Of a stretch of 64,000 bases of DNA, positions 1 through 9,999 are shown piece by piece. The first letter of the stretch is position 1, and the number at the start of each line of letters is the position of its first letter. The notes under the pieces were generated by a model. That model had not been told where the DNA came from, ran no database searches, and was given only the letters and a program-made list of their open reading frames with translations. A program made the position numbers and the translations under genes. Source of the DNA: a virus; IMG/VR virus record IMGVR_UViG_3300021368_000005, positions 1 to 64,000 of that record; one strand, given 5' to 3'.

Positions 1-1268
1 TGGTATGTAAATATACTTGTTTGATAAGTATCAACAAATCTCCACTCAGATGTATTACCTAAAGAAAATGTTATAGCGGAACTATTTATGTTATTTGTTA
101 CTTGACCTGTAATATCTTTGTATTGAAACGTACCACTTTGGTTGTAATTCCAATCACCAGGTGGGTCTGTGAGAAGAGTTGCAGTTATTGCTGGTGCACC
201 ACCTTGGGAAATTTGTACTGTATGCGTTGATGTATCAATAGAATTCAATGATACAGTTATATTTGTACTTCTTGTTGATGTACTTGAATTTGAATTGTTT
301 GGATGTACATAAAATGAAGAATTACTTGTTTTAGTTGCTGTGAAATTACTATTACTACTTGTTACAGTATCAATATCGTAATTAGAGGTTACAGTAAAAT
401 TAACTCTATCACTATAACTTGAATCATCATAAGTAAAGTTAGAAGTTGAGTACCAAACTGAACCAATTTCATTTGCAGGTTCAACTGAAAAGGTTGGTTC
501 TTTTTGAACTCTTACAGTATCAGTAGCATTTGGGTCTGAAATGTTTTGTGGGTCAACAGTTACAGTTGCAGTTTTATCAGATGCAGTAGAATTAGCATCT
601 GATTTAACTTCTATAAATTCATCACCAGTACCACTAATATTAGATTGTGTAAAAGAATCACCCGAATCATGAATTCTATGGTAAAACCCACTATCACCAG
701 ATATACTTGCTACCCATGTTACCACATCCTCCGGGTCTGTTTCTATTTTGTAATATTCCCCTTCACCACCACCATGTCCATAAGTCATTACACCAGTTTG
801 TCTTACAATTGTAAGAGTAGCATCATTATCATCTTGATGAACACTAATTGTTTGTGTAGTTAATTCTGGTGATTCTAATGTAATAGTACCAGTCCTACTT
901 GTTGCATCTAAATCTTGTGATTGTATAACAATATCAAAAGTATTATCTGTTCCTTCTGAACCAGACCCCAACGCTACTGTAGCAAATGAAATATTTTCAT
1001 CGTTAATTTTGAAATTACCATCCGAGGTATAAGTTATTGTACTTGTTTGACCAGATGCTGATGCACTTACAATACTACTTGGACTTTTAGTAATAGAGGT
1101 TGCAAAGTTCTCTAAACTTAATCCAAACAACTCATTCATACCATGAGGAGCCGTTAATCCAAATTGTTCAGAAGCTGATTCTAAATCTAATTCAGCTGTT
1201 GAACTATTACCTAACTCTTCATTGATATCATCAAATCCTATTGCGTTTCCTTCTTCTGGTAATGGCAT
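1..1268 (-). CDS. Tail-tip adhesin-like protein with gp38-like N-terminus and BACON/Ig-like repeats (partial, runs off the window edge)
   Basis: Not in the ORF track. The ATG at 1268 overlaps the TAA of the tail fibre gene. Hand translation begins MPLPEEGNAIGFDDINEELGNSSTAELDLESASEQFGLTAPHGMNELFG, followed by BACON-like motifs (SRTGTITL...TISVHQ; NSTASDKTATVTV). No stop found in the translated portion. Confidence 0.8.
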   Translation of the reverse strand, partial: MPLPEEGNAIGFDDINEELGNSSTAELDLESASEQFGLTAPHGMNELFGLSLENFATSITKSPSSIVSASASGQTSTITYTSDGNFKINDENISFATVALGSGSEGTDNTFDIVIQSQDLDATSRTGTITLESPELTTQTISVHQDDNDATLTIVRQTGVMTYGHGGGEGEYYKIETDPEDVVTWVASISGDSGFYHRIHDSGDSFTQSNISGTGDEFIEVKSDANSTASDKTATVTVDPQNISDPNATDTVRVQKEPTFSVEPANEIGSVWYSTSNFTYDDSSYSDRVNFTVTSNYDIDTVTSSNSNFTATKTSNSSFYVHPNNSNSSTSTRSTNITVSLNSIDTSTHTVQISQGGAPAITATLLTDPPGDWNYNQSGTFQYKDITGQVTNNINSSAITFSLGNTSEWRFVDTYQTSIFTY

Positions 1269-4200
1269 TACTTTAACCTTTTTATTTCTTCTTGTAACTT
1301 ATCTACTTTTTTATTCAGTTCTTTTATAGCTTCTATAAGTAAAGGAGTTAGTTTTTCGTATCGTACTCCATAGTAACCATTTACTGAATTCATTTTTGTT
1401 ATATGAGGTACAACCTTTTCTACATCTTGTGCTATTACTCCAATATCTTCTCCCTTAAATTGATGGATATCTTCATGTCCTTCTTTCCAATTAAAGAAAA
1501 CTCCTTTTATTTCATTTATTTTATCAAGTGGTTTGGAGATTTCAATAATATTTTCTTTTAATCGTTCATCTGATGTTGCAAAAGCAGTAATATTACCAGT
1601 TGCAGAAATAGAACCTGTAACTGATAATGCATCACCAGTTGTTGCGGTTGGTATTCTTACTAATTTAGTATCTGTTGTTACAACCTGTAATCCTCCTTTT
1701 GTAATCTCAGTTAAAGCATTATCACTTGAACCCGCCATTGTCAAGGTAGGTGTACTTGTAATTCGTGGAGCACCATAGTAAGCTCGTATTCTAGCACCAG
1801 TAACCGATGGTTCGGTATATGCATTAATATCTACATTAGTTATTTTTGTAATTACTCTGTAATATTTACTATCTTCTAAAGTTGCACTTAATGAAAATGA
1901 ACGAGAAGTACTTCCTAAATCTGCGGATGTACCTGAAGCTGTTTGAGTTAAAGTATATGACCATTCTTTTACATCAGACCAACCAGAAGAACCATTTGAA
2001 CTTTTTTGTAAAACTACTTTAATTTTAGCAGAAATTAAATGAATGAAAACTGAAGCCGCTACACCTATTATTTCTGATTCTAAATATTTGGTATTACCAC
2101 TATTAAGTACTGGTGCAGATACTGTTCCACTTATTGTAGCAGTTTTTCCATTATAACCACTACCACCAGTTTGAAATCTAATTGGGTTTGATGTAAATGT
2201 ACTCGATGTATCTGAGGTAACTCCACTCGTATCATCATATTCTGGAGTTCCTTGAGTAGAATTACTTCCATTAAACGTAGCTTCATTAGTATTTGCATTT
2301 GGAATAGTGCCACTTACAGTTGGAGTACTAACACTATCAACTTGAGTTAAATCATTTTTATTTTCAATATTAATCGCACCTGCTCCTACTTTTATATGAG
2401 CATTGTTTGAAGAATCACCTGTGTTAATTACAATACCAGAACTTGGAGATGTTAAGGCTGTACCTGAGAAGTTAAAACCTGCTATCTCACCATCAGTTGC
2501 ATCAACAGTACCTTGAATACTTAGAGTATCAGTACCCGCATTCCAATTTAATGAACCAGCTGTACCTGCTAATAAGAAGTTACCATCATCATCCATGTAG
2601 GTTTTCCAACCACCATCATAATAACCTAAGTTTGTATTTCCTAAGTATAAACCTGCCGATGAAGGGGTTGGTGATGATAAAACAAAATCTGCTGAAGATG
2701 CATCTGGTCCAAAGTTGAACTCTGAAGCACTTATCAATCCATCGGGTAATTGTTCACTACCACTAATTATCCCATCAGGTAGTTGTTCTGAACCACTTAT
2801 GATTCCATCTGGTAATTGTTCACTACCACTTATGATTCCATCGGGTAATTGACCAGAACCACTAATTATTCCATCGGGTAATTGTTCTGAACCACTAAGG
2901 ATTCCATCAGGTAATTGACCTGAACCACTTATTGTTCCAGCTGGTAATCCATCAGTTATATCACTTCCGGCTTCTAAGGTAATACTACCTACTATTGATA
3001 AATTAGAACCATTCCAACTTAATTTATCTCCAAGTGAAAATATATTAGATGAGCCAGATGCAAAATAGAATGGTGTATCACTATTATCGTAATTACCAGC
3101 ACCAACATAAATTCTTGAACCACTTCCATCTAATGTTATACCATTTTGACCTACTCTAAATGCGTTAGAAAAGTATCCTTGGTCACCACCAATATTTGGT
3201 GAGTAAATAATCCCTTCATCTATAAACGTATTTCCACTTCCATCTTGTAAAGCAGTTGTACCAGATATTACATCTGATAAATCGGTATTAACTTGTGCAT
3301 TTGATGCTGAAGTTTGTAATACCAATAAATCTGTTTCAGAAAGTGATGATGAAATAGATGAACTAACCGCATTTGCAGATTCAGAACCACTCAAGACCGC
3401 ATTAGCAGAAGATTCAGAACCACTAAGTACAGCATTTAATGCCGCCAATGAACTACTCTGAAGAGTATCATTTATTGCTCCTGGTGTATTTGAAAATTCT
3501 ATTGAACCTTGTATTGTTAATGTACTACCATCCCATAATAGTTGGTCATTTCCAAGTCCACTTTCTAGTGAAAGAGAAGCAGTACCAGAGTTTCCATTTA
3601 TACCTAAGAAAATACCATCTCCAACATCATACCCTTGTGTACCAGTTGATGCTCCCTGTCCTACTGAGATGTAAGGAGCAGAACCACTACCATATATTGT
3701 AATATTGGAAGCGGAACTTCCTCCACTATTATTCGTACCAACATTAATTGTATTTTGTACATATGATTCTTTGAATATTGCCAATTCCGCCGCAACAAAG
3801 TTTGAACCACTTCCCAATTCCTCCCAATATTCAGTTGATGATGATGGGTGTTGTAATCCATTACTTGTACCTGGTCCACTTGATGAAATAGCAAGATAAA
3901 ATAAATCATCATACAGTACAGAATCTTTTCTAGATAAAGAACCTGTTGTTACTATATAATCTCGTGTATTATCATAATCACCAGTGAATACTAAACCAGG
4001 ACCATTAGCACCTGCAAGACCAGGCTGTCCATCTGCTCCCTCTTGTACTGTATTGAAGTTTGCCTCTCTTCCGAATTCATATTCTCTTCCACTAAAGTCA
4101 GTATAAGAAACATTAACTATAAGGGATGATGATGCCGCTCCCATCGTACCAGGTAAACCACCATATTCATTTGTTGTTGGATTTACTTCGTTTGGTGTAA

Positions 4201-7200
4201 TACCAGAACCAGTTACGCCTGTAATTCTATAAGTGTTAGGAGTAGATGAATTATTAAATGTTATTTCATCTCCATCAATGTAAAGTTTGGTTGAACCACT
4301 TGTAAACTGATATGAAGAAGATGGAATTATTCCACTTGCAAACGCAGGTAACACTCCTCTTTCATTTGAAAGATATAAAACTATACCACCTAAAAAAGCA
4401 ATTGGGGTGATTGTTGTAGAATTATCAACTTGTAATCCAAACTCATCTGAGGAGGAGAATGAATATTCTACTGAACCACTTGTTAAATCTAAAGACGAAC
4501 CACTAACTGCAAAAGTTGCAACACCAGATGTAGAATCATCATTTACTAATATAAGTGGTGGTGCATTTCCAACTACCGAAGCTGAATTTGCTGATATGGC
4601 GATTGAATTTGAGGCTAAGTTTTTTCTTTTTACCTTAATAGTTGAAACTTGAGATAATGGGTCTACTGTACCATCATTTTGTTTGAAAGTTACTATACTT
4701 CTATCATTAGTAACAATCAAATCAGCAGCAGGTAATCCATCTTCTAATCTATAAATTGTTTCAAATTCTTCTTTATCTTCAACAGATGCCGTATAAACAA
4801 TTGAACTAACATTGAACGAAGAATCACTTCCACTAAAATTAGCAACCGATAATAACGCACTGTTGTTTGTTATATTTGTTAAACCACCAGGATAATCACC
4901 AGTATATGCAGATGGTTCTATATAATTACCATTTTCATCAAAAGCAGATGAGGCAAAATTAATAGAACCAGTAAGTGCTTGTGTTTTTGAAAAATTAAAT
5001 TTTATTTGTTGGAATGGTGGATTTGCAAGTGAACCAGTAAAGAATCTAAATGCAGGTGCATTACTTTCAAATTGAAATATCTTAACTAATTCAGTACTTA
5101 CCTTATTACCACCACTAAACTCTTTACTCTGTTCTATATTAACAGGTATAAAATTATTGTTTATATCATATAACTCAAATCTATAATCAAATGTTTCTAC
5201 CGGTAAGTTTCTTTCTTGTTCATCTAATGTCTTAAATAACTTAGGTGAGAAAGATTCATCTTGAGTTGGTTTTAATGATATTTTAGATATTTGCCAACCA
5301 TCTCCCCTAACATCAAATCCTAATTTACCTGAACCAGAATATGGCATTGTAAATAATTGACTAATCTCTCTTCTAGTTGCATATGATGAATCAGCAGTAA
5401 ATGTAGCAAGTTCTTCTCTAAATGGTAGTAGTGTTGTAGTAGAACCACTATAATATGCACCAGTTATAAAAGCAGTTAATGTTTTTGGAACAACTGTATC
5501 AGGTGCTTTTATAGATTGTGATATAAAAATAGGTGGTGTACTAAAAGAAGTTGTTCCTGTTCCATTTGTTGATGATGCCGTAAATATATTATCAAATTGT
5601 TTTACATATACATTTTCAATAGTACCATTGGTTACTTCAAACGTATAAGGTATCTGTAATCCATTAACAGCATCTGGTATTGTTAAATCAGTATTTGGAT
5701 TCAAATCATCTGTTATGAAAGCTCCATTTACACTTGAATCTACTACAAAAGGATAATCACCACTAGAATATAATCCACTACCAGCCTTAACAGGTACTTG
5801 AGATGAGAAAACAGTAGTTGAGGTTACTGAACCAGTAACTTCTGTACTTCCTGAGAATGGGAATATTTCTCTAGATTTTAGAGAACTAAAATCAGTTGAA
5901 CCAATTTGTGATATTGCAGTAATCTCATTAAGATTTGCATTAAGGGGTTCTATTGTTCTGTTCGTTCTATAATCAACATATATGAAGTGATTTCCTCCAA
6001 CATTAGAATCAAATATTGCTTGAGAACCAGTTGATAACATCCATAAAGGACTATAAGTAAAATCAGATGAATCCATATCATCCAAAATTATATTGGTACT
6101 ACCAGAATAAGATTCTATTACCGATTGAGATGTTGATGAATTATTATAATATAACAACGCATCTTTCTGAATATTTCTTAAAGCAAGTGCCGTTCTCAAA
6201 TTGGAACCTGATTGGAAATTTTCAATATGGAATTGTAATGAACCGGTTGATGTAGGTAGTTCACTAGAACCACTATCAGTAACTAAAACTAAATTAAAGT
6301 TACCTTGGGATGAAGAAACAGAATTAAAAGCGGTTATACTTGAGTTATATGTTGATAAAGCTCTTTGTGATGTTCCAGCAGATATATTTTCCTCCACATA
6401 TACAGAACCACTAAATGAGCCGGTACTCATCCAACCACTAAAGTGTATAAATTGGTCGTATATATAATTTGTATTATTAATATCAGTTGATGAAGATACT
6501 GATGATGCTACATAAATCTGGTCAGATTCTTCTACATATACATTTTCAATCTTATCATTATCGTTTCTAAATATATAAGGTATTTCTAATGGATTTGTAA
6601 AATTATCATCAGATGATGATGGTGAAGTAAACTCAGTTGTTAAAAAGTTTCTATCACTAAATTCTGTTGTACGAAATGGATATCCAGATTCTTGATATAA
6701 ATAATCTCCACCTTGTGGTGGTACTCTAGGAACAACTAAATCTGTTGAACCAGTAGAAATCCAATTACTACCACTTAAATCAAATAAATCATATAAATCA
6801 TATGAACGAGGTTGTGGTGCTAATTCTGTGAAATCAAGTTCACCAACAAACATTATAAACCCTTGATTAAAATCTAACTCTACAATATATCCTGTATTGG
6901 TATTACTTCCTATTGTAATAATTGCCTGTCCATTAACTAAACTTAAAACCCCACTTAATGTTCCATCTACTGCATTATGCCCAAATTCAATATCACCTGT
7001 TTCAAAATTAATAGAATGTATTTCGTAGGAACTACCATACAAAACATCACCATTAATAGAATCTAATCTTTTAACATTAATCAAATCAGCGTTCAAAGGT
7101 TCTATATTTCTAAGAGTTCTATAATCTATATGTAAATAATGATTTCCACTTCCACTATATGGTATTATTGCCTGAGAACCTGTTGATGTTGTATGCCAAG

Positions 7201-9130
7201 ATTGAGGATTATCATAATCATTAGTATCTATATCTTCTAAAGAATATTCTACTGAATTCCTAAAAGATGATAACTCATCTAATGAAGTGTTACTATGTTG
7301 ATAATATAATTTTGCATCTGTATCTACATTTCTAAGAGATATAGCAGCAATTGTAGTAGAAGAAGATGTATATGTTTCAATATAAGATGTAATTGAATTG
7401 GGTGAACCACCAACAGGTAAAGATGATGTATCACTATCTACCCAAAGTATAACATTGAAATCACCAGAAAGAGAACCTGATAAAGCAACTACCTTTGCAT
7501 TATCAGATGAAACTGTTTGTAATCTAGATGACGTACCCCAATCACCACTTGATGTATCGAGTGTAAGTGTGTTACTAGAATTTCCATCAACTGTAAAGCC
7601 ACTAGGTATTGAAGTATATGATGAGCCTGTATTATTTTGTGGTGTATCATAAAACTCAACTCTAGATGAATCAAATATCAAAGGTTTTGTTAAATCAATA
7701 CTTTGAGAATTTGGTGAATCCAATTCTGTATATGAACTTGCTGATAAATACGTTGGTGAATCAATAGGTAACTTTGATGGGTCGTATTTATACCAAAATG
7801 TTCGTACATAAGATTCTGATATTACTGTTGTTTCTCCTACAATAATATCTTCAAACGCTCCACTAACCAATGTTCTAAATCCTAATTCATAATCAACTCC
7901 ATTATAAACCTCAAAGGGAGTTTGAGTTAAGAACTCCAAAGATTCTGTTTGGAAACTACTACTAGGAACATTAAACCTAATCGATTCAAATAATAATTCA
8001 TCATCAAAGCTAACAGATGTTCCCGAACCACTTATTTGTAAAGAAGATGTTTCCCAATAGTTTGATACGTTTCCTTGTGCAAGTTTTCCAAATCCACCAT
8101 CTAAATCAGACATTGGATTCAAGTCATCTCTAAGAAGTTCACCGGCTACAATCTTAACTTCATCTGCAAATTTATAATCACCTACATCTGAACGAGATTT
8201 TTTATATATTTTTACTTTATCAACATTACCAGTAAATGTTTCTATATCTTTTATTACAATCCTACCATATGAACCAGTAACAGATGATTCAACCGTTGTT
8301 CTATTTGAAAAATCTTCAAATGTAATTGTATAATCAGATGAATCAAGTGTTGTTATTTTACCACTATCATCTAAAATAGGAGTATCAATTAATAAAGTGT
8401 TTTTGTTAACAACTTCTTTAACAGTTGCTTCAAAATCAATAGATGGAATTCTAATTGTATTCTCATCCATTGCTGAATTAAAGTTACTTCCACTTGATAA
8501 CTCCAACCTATATAAGACACCAGCTCTCCAAGTAGAAAAGTCTGTTCCTAGTGGTGGATTTTCGGCTAAACCTATTATCTTACCAGTCTGTGTAATGTTT
8601 GGAATGTTTTGTTCTAATATAGGTGATGCAACTTCTTCAATTTCAATTTGAGGTCTTTTGTAAAAAATAACTGGTGCAGAGTTCTTCATGTTTTTGTTTA
8701 TGAAAAACTCCTTTTCCCACTTAACATTATAAGCGTTTTCCCAATCAGCTGGTATAGGTCTCTTTATACCATCTTCATCAAAATAATCTTTTAATTCTCC
8801 TAATATTGTAATTTTGGCAGGACCTACTGGCGTATCATCGTAAACATGAGTTGATAGTACAATAGAGTTTCCGTCGTAATAATCAGGAATACCTCTACCT
8901 GGCTCAATGTATAAAGTTCCTCCCTCCGAATCAACTATTTCCATTTTTATCTCAGTTGATTCTTTTAAGCACTCACTACCTTCTAACAAGAAAAGATTCT
9001 TTCCAGCACTAAATGTTTCACTAAATTTACTTACTTTGAAGTATTGTGAGTTAGGGTCGTTATCTTTTATAAAGGTATTATATCCACTTAAGTTTTCAAA
9101 AGCGTTACCCTGTTTTTTTATACAAGCCAT
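1268..9130 (-). CDS. Giant tail fibre/tail protein (2620 aa) with C-terminal peptidase S74 intramolecular chaperone
   Basis: C-terminal SDERLKENI...GVIAQDVEKVVP...YEKLTPLLIEAIKEL plus coiled coil. Ser/Thr/Gly-rich body, a short collagen-like GxxGxx stretch and internal repeats. Confidence 0.88.
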   Translation of the reverse strand: MACIKKQGNAFENLSGYNTFIKDNDPNSQYFKVSKFSETFSAGKNLFLLEGSECLKESTEIKMEIVDSEGGTLYIEPGRGIPDYYDGNSIVLSTHVYDDTPVGPAKITILGELKDYFDEDGIKRPIPADWENAYNVKWEKEFFINKNMKNSAPVIFYKRPQIEIEEVASPILEQNIPNITQTGKIIGLAENPPLGTDFSTWRAGVLYRLELSSGSNFNSAMDENTIRIPSIDFEATVKEVVNKNTLLIDTPILDDSGKITTLDSSDYTITFEDFSNRTTVESSVTGSYGRIVIKDIETFTGNVDKVKIYKKSRSDVGDYKFADEVKIVAGELLRDDLNPMSDLDGGFGKLAQGNVSNYWETSSLQISGSGTSVSFDDELLFESIRFNVPSSSFQTESLEFLTQTPFEVYNGVDYELGFRTLVSGAFEDIIVGETTVISESYVRTFWYKYDPSKLPIDSPTYLSASSYTELDSPNSQSIDLTKPLIFDSSRVEFYDTPQNNTGSSYTSIPSGFTVDGNSSNTLTLDTSSGDWGTSSRLQTVSSDNAKVVALSGSLSGDFNVILWVDSDTSSLPVGGSPNSITSYIETYTSSSTTIAAISLRNVDTDAKLYYQHSNTSLDELSSFRNSVEYSLEDIDTNDYDNPQSWHTTSTGSQAIIPYSGSGNHYLHIDYRTLRNIEPLNADLINVKRLDSINGDVLYGSSYEIHSINFETGDIEFGHNAVDGTLSGVLSLVNGQAIITIGSNTNTGYIVELDFNQGFIMFVGELDFTELAPQPRSYDLYDLFDLSGSNWISTGSTDLVVPRVPPQGGDYLYQESGYPFRTTEFSDRNFLTTEFTSPSSSDDNFTNPLEIPYIFRNDNDKIENVYVEESDQIYVASSVSSSTDINNTNYIYDQFIHFSGWMSTGSFSGSVYVEENISAGTSQRALSTYNSSITAFNSVSSSQGNFNLVLVTDSGSSELPTSTGSLQFHIENFQSGSNLRTALALRNIQKDALLYYNNSSTSQSVIESYSGSTNIILDDMDSSDFTYSPLWMLSTGSQAIFDSNVGGNHFIYVDYRTNRTIEPLNANLNEITAISQIGSTDFSSLKSREIFPFSGSTEVTGSVTSTTVFSSQVPVKAGSGLYSSGDYPFVVDSSVNGAFITDDLNPNTDLTIPDAVNGLQIPYTFEVTNGTIENVYVKQFDNIFTASSTNGTGTTSFSTPPIFISQSIKAPDTVVPKTLTAFITGAYYSGSTTTLLPFREELATFTADSSYATRREISQLFTMPYSGSGKLGFDVRGDGWQISKISLKPTQDESFSPKLFKTLDEQERNLPVETFDYRFELYDINNNFIPVNIEQSKEFSGGNKVSTELVKIFQFESNAPAFRFFTGSLANPPFQQIKFNFSKTQALTGSINFASSAFDENGNYIEPSAYTGDYPGGLTNITNNSALLSVANFSGSDSSFNVSSIVYTASVEDKEEFETIYRLEDGLPAADLIVTNDRSIVTFKQNDGTVDPLSQVSTIKVKRKNLASNSIAISANSASVVGNAPPLILVNDDSTSGVATFAVSGSSLDLTSGSVEYSFSSSDEFGLQVDNSTTITPIAFLGGIVLYLSNERGVLPAFASGIIPSSSYQFTSGSTKLYIDGDEITFNNSSTPNTYRITGVTGSGITPNEVNPTTNEYGGLPGTMGAASSSLIVNVSYTDFSGREYEFGREANFNTVQEGADGQPGLAGANGPGLVFTGDYDNTRDYIVTTGSLSRKDSVLYDDLFYLAISSSGPGTSNGLQHPSSSTEYWEELGSGSNFVAAELAIFKESYVQNTINVGTNNSGGSSASNITIYGSGSAPYISVGQGASTGTQGYDVGDGIFLGINGNSGTASLSLESGLGNDQLLWDGSTLTIQGSIEFSNTPGAINDTLQSSSLAALNAVLSGSESSANAVLSGSESANAVSSSISSSLSETDLLVLQTSASNAQVNTDLSDVISGTTALQDGSGNTFIDEGIIYSPNIGGDQGYFSNAFRVGQNGITLDGSGSRIYVGAGNYDNSDTPFYFASGSSNIFSLGDKLSWNGSNLSIVGSITLEAGSDITDGLPAGTISGSGQLPDGILSGSEQLPDGIISGSGQLPDGIISGSEQLPDGIISGSEQLPDGIISGSEQLPDGLISASEFNFGPDASSADFVLSSPTPSSAGLYLGNTNLGYYDGGWKTYMDDDGNFLLAGTAGSLNWNAGTDTLSIQGTVDATDGEIAGFNFSGTALTSPSSGIVINTGDSSNNAHIKVGAGAINIENKNDLTQVDSVSTPTVSGTIPNANTNEATFNGSNSTQGTPEYDDTSGVTSDTSSTFTSNPIRFQTGGSGYNGKTATISGTVSAPVLNSGNTKYLESEIIGVAASVFIHLISAKIKVVLQKSSNGSSGWSDVKEWSYTLTQTASGTSADLGSTSRSFSLSATLEDSKYYRVITKITNVDINAYTEPSVTGARIRAYYGAPRITSTPTLTMAGSSDNALTEITKGGLQVVTTDTKLVRIPTATTGDALSVTGSISATGNITAFATSDERLKENIIEISKPLDKINEIKGVFFNWKEGHEDIHQFKGEDIGVIAQDVEKVVPHITKMNSVNGYYGVRYEKLTPLLIEAIKELNKKVDKLQEEIKRLK
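2720..2952 (-). repeat. 33-nt coding tandem repeat, about 7 copies, encoding LPDGIISGSEQ
   Basis: Protein reads LPAGTISGSGQ LPDGILSGSEQ LPDGIISGSGQ LPDGIISGSEQ x3 LPDGLISASE; DNA units differ at synonymous positions. Confidence 0.95.
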
Positions 9131-9152
9131 ATTTTGTTCCTAATTATACTTC

Positions 9153-9161
9153 TATAAATAT
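9153..9161 (-). promoter_or_regulatory. Late-type promoter motif (sense ATATTTATA) upstream of the tail fibre gene
   Basis: The same 9-mer recurs 5-28 nt upstream of many structural genes. Confidence 0.7.
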
Positions 9162-9180
9162 CTCCAAAAAAACTTATTGA

Positions 9181-9216
9181 ATATTTATATATAGAAATAC
9201 ATAGAAAGTTATAGAA
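9181..9216 (+). promoter_or_regulatory. Late-type motif ATATTTATA followed by three ATAGAA direct repeats with 10-bp period (putative operator)
   Basis: atatttata at 9181; atagaa at 9191, 9201 and 9211. Confidence 0.6.
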
Positions 9217-9377
9217 TGAGAAAATATACAACAATACAGATAAAAAAAGAAACCCATGAACTATTACAAGGGTATTGTAAAGAACATGGGTATAAATTAA
9301 GTGGATTGGTTGAAAATCTAATTAAACAAAAAGTTGGTACACCTAAACCTGATAATGTATTAAGGGTTTCTAAATAA
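9216..9377 (+). CDS. Small ribbon-helix-helix-like DNA-binding protein (53 aa)
   Basis: Hand translation MRKYTTIQIKKETHELLQGYCKEHGYKLSGLVENLIKQKVGTPKPDNVLRVSK. Shows the beta-strand (TTIQI), helix, G-x-S/K turn, helix pattern of CopG/Arc-type RHH proteins, and has its own promoter motif. Confidence 0.75.
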   Translation: MRKYTTIQIKKETHELLQGYCKEHGYKLSGLVENLIKQKVGTPKPDNVLRVSK

Positions 9378-9999
9378 ATTGAAATAGTGCAGAGTATAGC
9401 TGATAATCTGTATGGTGGTCAATAAAATCTATCATCTTTAATCTTGGATTCATACTCAATATTAAGTCAGTAGAAATATAATCTCCACTTTCAAATAACA
9501 TCAAATATCCATTTGGAATTAAAACCTTATCTAAATTTTCAAGTAAGTTTTTATGTAATTTTAATTTATCATCTAATACTATTCTTGGAGTAGATGTTGT
9601 TATCTTTTTATTAAATTTAATAAATTCATCATTGGATGGTATGTGAGGTGGATTACAAACAATCATATCTACTTTATCTCCATTATAATCATCAACACCA
9701 TTACTTAAATAAAAAGTTACCTCATCTTCCCAATTATTATCCTTATTTGTTTTTTTAATAACTGATTCTAATGGTTTGTGATTATCTACTAATGAAAGGG
9801 TTTTTATATTATATTTTTGCTTTAGGTGATATCCCATAAAACCAGGACCACTACACATTTCCATAAGAGAGTTTACTTTCGGCCAATCATAATCTTGCAT
9901 CAATTCAATCCAAAACTTTCCACCTCCATCTTGATTCCCTTCAAAATAAATTGGATACTTTCCATGTGTTAATGATTTTTCTAAATGATAAACCTTCAT
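9370..9999 (-). CDS. Class I SAM-dependent methyltransferase (MTS/PrmC-like)
   Basis: Motif I EMCSGPG and motif IV IVCNPPH. Confidence 0.8.
   Translation of the reverse strand: MKVYHLEKSLTHGKYPIYFEGNQDGGGKFWIELMQDYDWPKVNSLMEMCSGPGFMGYHLKQKYNIKTLSLVDNHKPLESVIKKTNKDNNWEDEVTFYLSNGVDDYNGDKVDMIVCNPPHIPSNDEFIKFNKKITTSTPRIVLDDKLKLHKNLLENLDKVLIPNGYLMLFESGDYISTDLILSMNPRLKMIDFIDHHTDYQLYSALFQFI

Noticed and set aside
2720-2952. CRISPR-like array
   Set aside because: The units are contiguous in-frame coding repeats with no unique spacers, and no cas genes are present.
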